Shown here one piece after another: positions 58,489 to 64,000 of a DNA stretch of 64,000 nucleotides. The stretch lies in contig CAWAIZ010000001.1 of NCBI GenBank assembly GCA_963782155.1, positions 31,878 through 95,877 on the forward strand, read 5' to 3'. Made by a program: the position numbers and the translations under genes. The stretch comes from an uncultured Actinomycetota bacterium. Lineage in GTDB: Bacteria; Actinomycetota; Actinomycetes; Propionibacteriales; Nocardioidaceae. The notes below the pieces were generated by a model. It was not told the DNA's origin. It ran no database searches and was given only the letters and a program-made list of their open reading frames with translations. Position 1 is the first letter of the stretch. The number at the start of each line of letters is the position of its first letter.

Positions 58489-59148
58489 GTGGAGATGCCC
58501 GGACTCCTGCGCGCGCTGCCCGACGACGACGCCCGCAGGTTGCTCAAGGCCAGCCGGGTGAACACCTACCAGCGCCGCGAGACGTTGATCAACGAGGGCG
58601 ACGCCTCCGACAGCTTCCACATCGTGCTCGAGGGCCACGTCGCCGTCCGGCTGACCAAGCCGTCCGGCGACACGGCGATCGTCAACATCCTCGGCCCCGA
58701 CTCCCACTTCGGCGAGGTCTCGCTGCTCAACCGCCACGCGGACAAGCGCACGGCCACGGTCGTGGCGCTCGAGGCCGTGCGCACCCTGAGCATCCCCGCC
58801 GACGTCTTCCACGAGCTGCGCGACCGCAACCCGCGGATGGAGCAGCTGGTCACCCAGATCTTGGTCCAGCGCGTCGACGAGCTCTCCGCGTTGCTCGTCG
58901 AGGCGATGTACGACTCGCTCGAGATCCGGGTCATCCGCCGCCTGGTCCGGCTGGCCCGCACCTACGAGGCGCGCTCCGGGCAGATCACCATCCCCCTCAC
59001 GCAGGACGAGCTCGCCGAGCTCGTCGGAGGAACCCGGCCCTCGGTCAACCAGGTGCTTCGACGGCTGGTCGACCAGGACCAGCTCGAGGTCGGCCGCGGC
59101 CGGATCGCCGTCACCGATCTCGAGGCCTTGCGCCAACAGGTGCCTTAG
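58489..59148 (+). CDS. Crp/Fnr family transcriptional regulator
   Basis: cNMP-binding domain (EGD, GPDSHFGEVSL, RTATVVA); HTH LTQDELAELVGGTRPSVNQVL; start at 58462 or 58489. Confidence 0.92.
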   Translation: MEMPGLLRALPDDDARRLLKASRVNTYQRRETLINEGDASDSFHIVLEGHVAVRLTKPSGDTAIVNILGPDSHFGEVSLLNRHADKRTATVVALEAVRTLSIPADVFHELRDRNPRMEQLVTQILVQRVDELSALLVEAMYDSLEIRVIRRLVRLARTYEARSGQITIPLTQDELAELVGGTRPSVNQVLRRLVDQDQLEVGRGRIAVTDLEALRQQVP

Positions 59149-59260
59149 GGCCGGCCTGGCCTTCTGGTCGCCAACCCTGCTAGGAAGAAGACGGCCGTCC
59201 GGCCGACCCTTTCTCGGGGTTCCCCTATCCAGCCGTCGTGCTGGAGCAAGGAATGGATCG

Positions 59261-59776
59261 ATGACGCACGTGCCCAACTCTCGTTCTCGCGCGCCGTTCG
59301 CGGTGCTGCTGGCCGTCGTGGCCGCCTTGGCGGCCACCCTGCTCGGCCCCGCCTCACCCGCCTCCGCGGTCACCAAGCTGACCGACTCCCAAGCGGCGTC
59401 CCAGCTGTCGGCGGTCGGCATCACCCGTACGTCGAGCGGCGGCTGCACCAACCGCGCCGTCAGCAGCTGCACGTCGTACGAGCAGATCAACCAGTCGACC
59501 GTGTCCGGCATCAAGACCTACAAGTCGGTGAGCGGCTGCGCCGTGAACATCACCGGCGGCACGGAGGTCGGGCACGCGTCCGGCACCTACAGCCACTACA
59601 ACGGCTACAAGGTCGACATCTCGCGTTCGACGTGCAACGACAACTACATCACCTCGCACTACGCCTACATCGGGCTGCGCGGTGACGGCTACCCGCAGTA
59701 CCAAGCGGCCTCCGGCAACGTCTACGTCAACGAGGGCAACCACTGGGACATCACCTACTACACCTGTGGGTGTTGA
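59261..59776 (+). CDS. Secreted Cys-containing protein with M15/Hedgehog-like (LAS) zinc peptidase motifs
   Basis: Signal peptide ending PASA; GGTEVGH, SHYNGYKVD (HxxGxxxD), EGNHWD (ExxH). Confidence 0.65.
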   Translation: MTHVPNSRSRAPFAVLLAVVAALAATLLGPASPASAVTKLTDSQAASQLSAVGITRTSSGGCTNRAVSSCTSYEQINQSTVSGIKTYKSVSGCAVNITGGTEVGHASGTYSHYNGYKVDISRSTCNDNYITSHYAYIGLRGDGYPQYQAASGNVYVNEGNHWDITYYTCGC

Positions 59777-59780
59777 GCCC

Positions 59781-59855
59781 CTCGTTGGTTGAGGAGCCGG
59801 CGAGAGAACCCCTCGTCGGTTGAGGAGGTCGCCCAGCGACCGTCTCGAAACCCGG
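59781..59855 (+). repeat. REP-like elements
   Basis: GGTTGAGGAGCCGG... and GGTTGAGGAGGTCGCCCAGCGACCGTCTCGAAACCC. Confidence 0.75.
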
Positions 59856-59892
59856 TGAGAGATCCGCCCTCCTATGAGCGAGGATCGTCCGC

Positions 59893-60828
59893 GTGATCCC
59901 GACGACGATCCCGCACGGCCGGACTGCGCAGCGGCTGACCTGGCCGCACCTCCCCCCGCACGTCCGAACCCTCATCGAGCGGCGCTGCGGCTCCCCCGTA
60001 GTCGACGCGGCCTCGCAGGGTGGCGGCTTCACGCCGGGCTTCGCGTCGGTGCTCACGTGCGCCGACGGCACGAAGCACTTCGTCAAGGCAGCCTCGGCCA
60101 AGGCCCAGCGGATGTTCGCGGACTCTTACCGCGAGGAGGCGCGCAAGCTCCAGGCACTGCCCGTCGGCGTCCCCGCACCCCGGCTGCTGTGGGTCGAGGA
60201 CGGCGACTGGGTGGTGCTCGAGACCGAGTACGTCGAGGGGCACGCGCCGCGGCGACCGTGGCGGCAGTCCGAGCTGGATGCCGCCCTCGACGCGCTGGAG
60301 GTCGTGGCCCGCGAGCTGACCCCGGCGCCCGAGAAGCTCCGTCTGGACACCGTCGCCGACGAGCTGGCCGACTGGCCGGTGTACTGGGAGCACGTGGCCG
60401 CCACCCGGCCCGATCTTCCGCATCTGTCCGAGGCGGCCTCGATGGCCGCCGGTTTCGCGCACGTCGCGGGTGGGGACACGGTGGTCCACATCGACGTGCG
60501 CGACGACAACACCCTGATCCGGCCCGACGGCACGGCGGTGTTCTGCGACTGGAACTGGCCGGTCACAGGTGCCGCGTGGCTCGACTCGCTGTTCTTGCTG
60601 ATCGGCCCGAGGGGCGACGGCCTGGACGTGGACGCCGTGCTGGCGACCCGGCCGCTGACCCGGGACGTGCCGGCCGACCACGTCGATGCCGTGCTCGCCC
60701 TCATCATCGGGTACTTCCTCAAGTCCGGCGACGACCCCGTGCCGCCGACCTCGCCGTACGTCCGCGACCACCAGCGGTGGCAGGGCGAGGTCTTGTGGCA
60801 GTGGCTCTGCGAGAGGCGCGGCTGGTGA
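59893..60828 (+). CDS. APH/choline-kinase-like phosphotransferase, paralog 1
   Basis: GGGFTPG, HFVKA, VVHIDVRDDNTL, FCDWNW. Confidence 0.85.
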   Translation: MIPTTIPHGRTAQRLTWPHLPPHVRTLIERRCGSPVVDAASQGGGFTPGFASVLTCADGTKHFVKAASAKAQRMFADSYREEARKLQALPVGVPAPRLLWVEDGDWVVLETEYVEGHAPRRPWRQSELDAALDALEVVARELTPAPEKLRLDTVADELADWPVYWEHVAATRPDLPHLSEAASMAAGFAHVAGGDTVVHIDVRDDNTLIRPDGTAVFCDWNWPVTGAAWLDSLFLLIGPRGDGLDVDAVLATRPLTRDVPADHVDAVLALIIGYFLKSGDDPVPPTSPYVRDHQRWQGEVLWQWLCERRGW

Positions 60829-61781
60829 GCCCACGCGCGATCGGCGTCCGGGCGCCGTGGACGGACATGCCCGAGTCCGTGCGGGCGTGGGTAGCCGACG
60901 AGCTCGGCTCGGAGGTCAAGGAGGCCTACGAGCAGATCGGCGGCATGTCACCGGGGTGCGCCACCCGCCTCGTGTGCGAGGACGGCACGCGCGCGTTCGT
61001 CAAGGCAGTCGGGTTCGACCTCAACCCGGTGACGCCCCTCCTCTTCCGCCGGGAGATCACCGCGCTGACCCTGATCGGGTCGCACGAGCTGTGGGCGGAC
61101 CTGCTCGCGTCCTACGACGACGGGGACTGGGTCGCCGTCCTGCTGGAGGACGTCGAGGGCGAGCACCCGGACCTCGACGACGACGCCACCATGGACCTGC
61201 TGCTCCGGGAGACCGAGCGGTTCTCGGCGGTACTGGCCGAGCGAGTGCCCGACCCGCCCGCGCCCGACCCGGACAACGGCGGTCTCAACGACCTGCGAGC
61301 GCAGTTCCACGCCTGGGCCGATGCCGTGGCCCGGGCTGCCGAGATCCCGCCGGACCTGCTCCCCGCCTGGATCCGGCAGGACACCGACACCTGGGAGGCC
61401 CTGGTGCGCTCCCTCGCTCTCCAGGACGTGGGCCTGGTGAACTTCGACATCCGAGACGACAACCTGCTGCTGCGGCCCACGGGCGAGCTGGTCTTCCTCG
61501 ACTGGGGTGGGACGTCCGTCGGCCCGCTGTGGATGGACCCGCTGCTCGCCCGGCTGGAGCGGGTGGAGAAGCCGTGGTTCGACACCTCGCTCGCCTCGTC
61601 GCCGGCCCTGGTGGCCGCGGGCGACACAGCTGTCGACGCGTGGCTCGTCGGGTTCGCCACGTTCCTCGCCTGGCGGGCCCACACCGCCGACGACGTGAAC
61701 CTGCCGACCCTCAACGACTTCCGGATCGCGGTGAGCCGGAGCCTGCTCGTGGGAGCCGAACGCCGGTTGGGCATACTCTGA
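60825..61781 (+). CDS. APH/choline-kinase-like phosphotransferase, paralog 2
   Basis: GTGA overlap; [27 protein letters not shown]. Confidence 0.85.
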   Translation: MSPRAIGVRAPWTDMPESVRAWVADELGSEVKEAYEQIGGMSPGCATRLVCEDGTRAFVKAVGFDLNPVTPLLFRREITALTLIGSHELWADLLASYDDGDWVAVLLEDVEGEHPDLDDDATMDLLLRETERFSAVLAERVPDPPAPDPDNGGLNDLRAQFHAWADAVARAAEIPPDLLPAWIRQDTDTWEALVRSLALQDVGLVNFDIRDDNLLLRPTGELVFLDWGGTSVGPLWMDPLLARLERVEKPWFDTSLASSPALVAAGDTAVDAWLVGFATFLAWRAHTADDVNLPTLNDFRIAVSRSLLVGAERRLGIL

Positions 61782-61911
61782 CCTGCGGCGATGCCCGATT
61801 TGGGCGGGTCCGGCCCCTTCGGTAAGGTTGCTCCTCGCGTGCGCGCCATGCCGTGGCGCCCGCCCACAGACACTCATCCCTGTCCAGTCACGACCGAACG
61901 AGGCTCATTCA

Positions 61912-62172
61912 GTGGCGAACATCAAGTCCCAGATCAAGCGGATCAAGCAGAACGAGAAGCGTCACCAGCGCAACAAGGGCGTCAAGTCGGGCCTGAAGAC
62001 CGCGGTGCGCAAGTTCCGTGAGGCTGCCGACGCCGGCGAGAAGGACCAGGCCATCGAGCTCGGCCGCGACGCCACCAAGAAGCTGGACAAGGCCGCCTCC
62101 AAGGGCGTCATCCACAAGAACCAGGCCGCGAACCGCAAGTCGGCGATCAACAAGCGGGCCTCCTCGCTCTGA
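61912..62172 (+). CDS. rpsT: 30S ribosomal protein S20
   Basis: [35 protein letters not shown]. Confidence 0.98.
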   Translation: MANIKSQIKRIKQNEKRHQRNKGVKSGLKTAVRKFREAADAGEKDQAIELGRDATKKLDKAASKGVIHKNQAANRKSAINKRASSL

Positions 62173-62183
62173 TCCCGCGCCTC

Positions 62184-62215
62184 ACCCGACCCGTCCGAGA
62201 ACCTCGGGCGGGTCT
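62184..62215. terminator. Probable bidirectional terminator between rpsT and holA
   Basis: ACCCGACCCGTCCGAG-AAC-CTCGGGCGGGT imperfect hairpin between convergent stops. Confidence 0.5.
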
Positions 62216-62231
62216 CGTGCATGTGTGGGCT

Positions 62232-63239
62232 CTAGTCCCCGGAGGCCGGGTCGCGCAGCCCGGTGACGGTCAGCACCATCCGCTCGAGGGTGTACGACGC
62301 GTCGCTGGCCTTGCCCTTGATGTCGGCGTCGGCCGCCGCGATCACCCGGATCGCCCGCGCGATCGCGGGGTCGGTCCAGCCGCGGGACTGGTCGCGGATG
62401 GTGCGCAGCTTCCAGGGCGGAACACCCACCTCACGAGCCAGGTCGGCCTCGCGCATCCCGCGCGGCGCTGACTTGTAGCGAGCCACCCCCCGTGCCGAGC
62501 CGGCGAAAGCGGAGGTCACCAGGACGGGGGCGGTGCCGCCGTCGATCGCCCAGCGCAGCTCCTCGAGCGCGACCCGGCGACGCCCCCAGAACGCCGCGTC
62601 CGCGACGGCGAAGGACTTGGCCTCGGCGCGGCCACCGAAGTACTTCCGGACCTTCTCGACGGTCAGCGGCTCACCGGGGAAGTCGTTGGTCAGCTGGTCC
62701 GCGGCTGCAGCGAGGGACCGCAGGTCCTGGCCCACGGCCGAGACCAGGAACGACGCAGCGTCCTGGTCGATGCTGGCGCCGTGGTGGCGCACCTCGTCGG
62801 CGACGAAGCCCGGGTAGTCGGAGGCTCGCAGCTCCTCGGACTTCAGCTCCGTGACCGGCCCGAGCTTGCGCAGCTTGGTGAGCACTCCCGAGCCCTTCGG
62901 GCCGCCACCGTGGACCAGCACCAACGCGACGTCCTCCGCCGGCTGGGCGGCGTACCCCAGCAAGCCCTCCACCGACTCGTCCGGGAGGTTCTCCAGACCG
63001 CGCACGACCACGCACCGGGTGCTGGAGAACAACGACGGCGCCGACATCTCCCCGAGCTCCGCGAGCGTGAGGCCGCCCGCGTGGGTCTCGGACAGCTCGG
63101 CCTCGGCGTCGTGGCGCCGGACGGCCTCGCGGACCGCGACGATCGTGCGCTCGTTGAGGAACTCCTCCTTGCCGGTGACCAGGGTGACCAGGCCCAGCAC
63201 GTCCTCGGGCTTCGGGCCCCGCGTCGCACGTCCGTTCAT
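62232..63239 (-). CDS. holA: DNA polymerase III delta subunit
   Basis: LVTGKEEFL, SAPSLF, VGQDLRSLAAAADQL, FAVADAA, GVPPWK, ADADIKG; position next to rpsT. Confidence 0.93.
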   Translation of the reverse strand: MNGRATRGPKPEDVLGLVTLVTGKEEFLNERTIVAVREAVRRHDAEAELSETHAGGLTLAELGEMSAPSLFSSTRCVVVRGLENLPDESVEGLLGYAAQPAEDVALVLVHGGGPKGSGVLTKLRKLGPVTELKSEELRASDYPGFVADEVRHHGASIDQDAASFLVSAVGQDLRSLAAAADQLTNDFPGEPLTVEKVRKYFGGRAEAKSFAVADAAFWGRRRVALEELRWAIDGGTAPVLVTSAFAGSARGVARYKSAPRGMREADLAREVGVPPWKLRTIRDQSRGWTDPAIARAIRVIAAADADIKGKASDASYTLERMVLTVTGLRDPASGD

Positions 63240-63355
63240 CTCGGACAGGAGCCTGCCACAACGCGGCGACACCATGCTGTGGCCCCGGGCGGGGGTGTGG
63301 TGCCATACTCCCGGGCACCGGCATGGGGGTGCCGGGGAATCACGGGGGTGAGGTC

Positions 63356-64000
63356 TTGAAGGCTGTCCGGTCACTGCTGCTCGCCGCTATCGGCGGCGCT
63401 CTCGTCGTTTCGCTGGCGGGGTTCTCGCCGGGCATCGCCGCTACCGGTCGGGCCGCGAGCCCGACGGTAGGGGCCGCGACGCAGACGTGGCTGGACCGCG
63501 TCAACGAGGTCCGCGTCGCGTCGGGCCTGCCGGCCGTGACCGAGAACCCGACCTGGACCGACGGCATCCGCAAGCACCTGGTCTACCTGGAGAACACGCC
63601 CGCCTCGCTGATGACCGGCCCCTACGCCAGCGCGCACACCGAGAACCCGGCCAGCCCGTACTACACCGCGGAGGGCGCGGCCGAGGCCGGCCGCAGCAAC
63701 CTCGGCGGCGGCCTCACCGACGTCGACGCCATCGACGGATGGCTCGTGGCGCCCTTCCACGCCATCGGCATCCTGCGCCGCGGGCTGACGCAGGTGGCCT
63801 TCGCACGCAGCGACAGAGGCACCGCCGGCCTCGACGTGCTCGGGGGCGTCACGTCCACGCCCTCACCCACCACGCCCGTCCTGTTCCCGGGTGCGGGGTC
63901 GACCACCAACCTGTCCCGCTTCGACGTGCGGGAGAATCCTGACCCCACCGAGACGTGCTCCATCACCAAGGGGCTCACAGGCTGGGGCGGCCTGCCGCTC
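63356..64000 (+). CDS. Secreted CAP/SCP-domain protein; 3' end runs off the window
   Basis: Manual translation from TTG 63356: signal peptide, WLDRVNEVRVASGLPAV, HTENP, AIDGWLVAPFHAIGIL. Confidence 0.75.
   Translation, partial: MKAVRSLLLAAIGGALVVSLAGFSPGIAATGRAASPTVGAATQTWLDRVNEVRVASGLPAVTENPTWTDGIRKHLVYLENTPASLMTGPYASAHTENPASPYYTAEGAAEAGRSNLGGGLTDVDAIDGWLVAPFHAIGILRRGLTQVAFARSDRGTAGLDVLGGVTSTPSPTTPVLFPGAGSTTNLSRFDVRENPDPTETCSITKGLTGWGGLPL

Overview
High-GC actinobacterial chromosomal window. Gene order, start-codon usage and the intergenic repeat family suggest a Nocardioides-like organism (inference). The backbone is the conserved holA/rpsT-lepA-hemW-hrcA-dnaJ2-rsmE-HIT-phoH-ybeY-hemolysin-cdd-like-era region, interrupted at almost every junction by accessory modules. 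No rRNA, tRNA, CRISPR array or intact IS transposase is supported. Two accessory loci stand out. (1) 23.6-30.8 kb: a membrane-anchored SARP/BTAD regulator and an adhesin-like gene lie divergent from an operon. That operon encodes two small leader-core peptides sharing an L-P-x-R-E-T-[LM] leader end, an RRE-like + M50 site-2-protease + MinD/ParA ATPase fusion, and a secreted protein. The secreted protein has three 34-residue CxxC repeats that align without gaps to the peptide cores, suggesting a peptide-built extracellular fibre/amyloid or RiPP-like system with no tailoring enzymes. (2) 56.5-59.1 kb: a 132-aa multi-core peptide with six D-x-E-[GA]-H motifs lies downstream of a translationally coupled GAF protein and a cytoplasmic S8 subtilase, divergent from a Crp/Fnr regulator, suggesting a peptide processing or signalling cassette. 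Also present: an orphan GTP-derived (RibA/RibD/PTPS-like) glyco-lipid tailoring cluster split by a frameshifted DUF222-HNH gene and a 29-bp tandem array, 10-methyl fatty acid genes, a PHM-like copper monooxygenase behind a 15-bp VNTR, a CIRCE operator overlapping back-to-back promoters, and a decayed intradiol dioxygenase-like gene. All family calls come from motif recognition by eye; no database searches were run.
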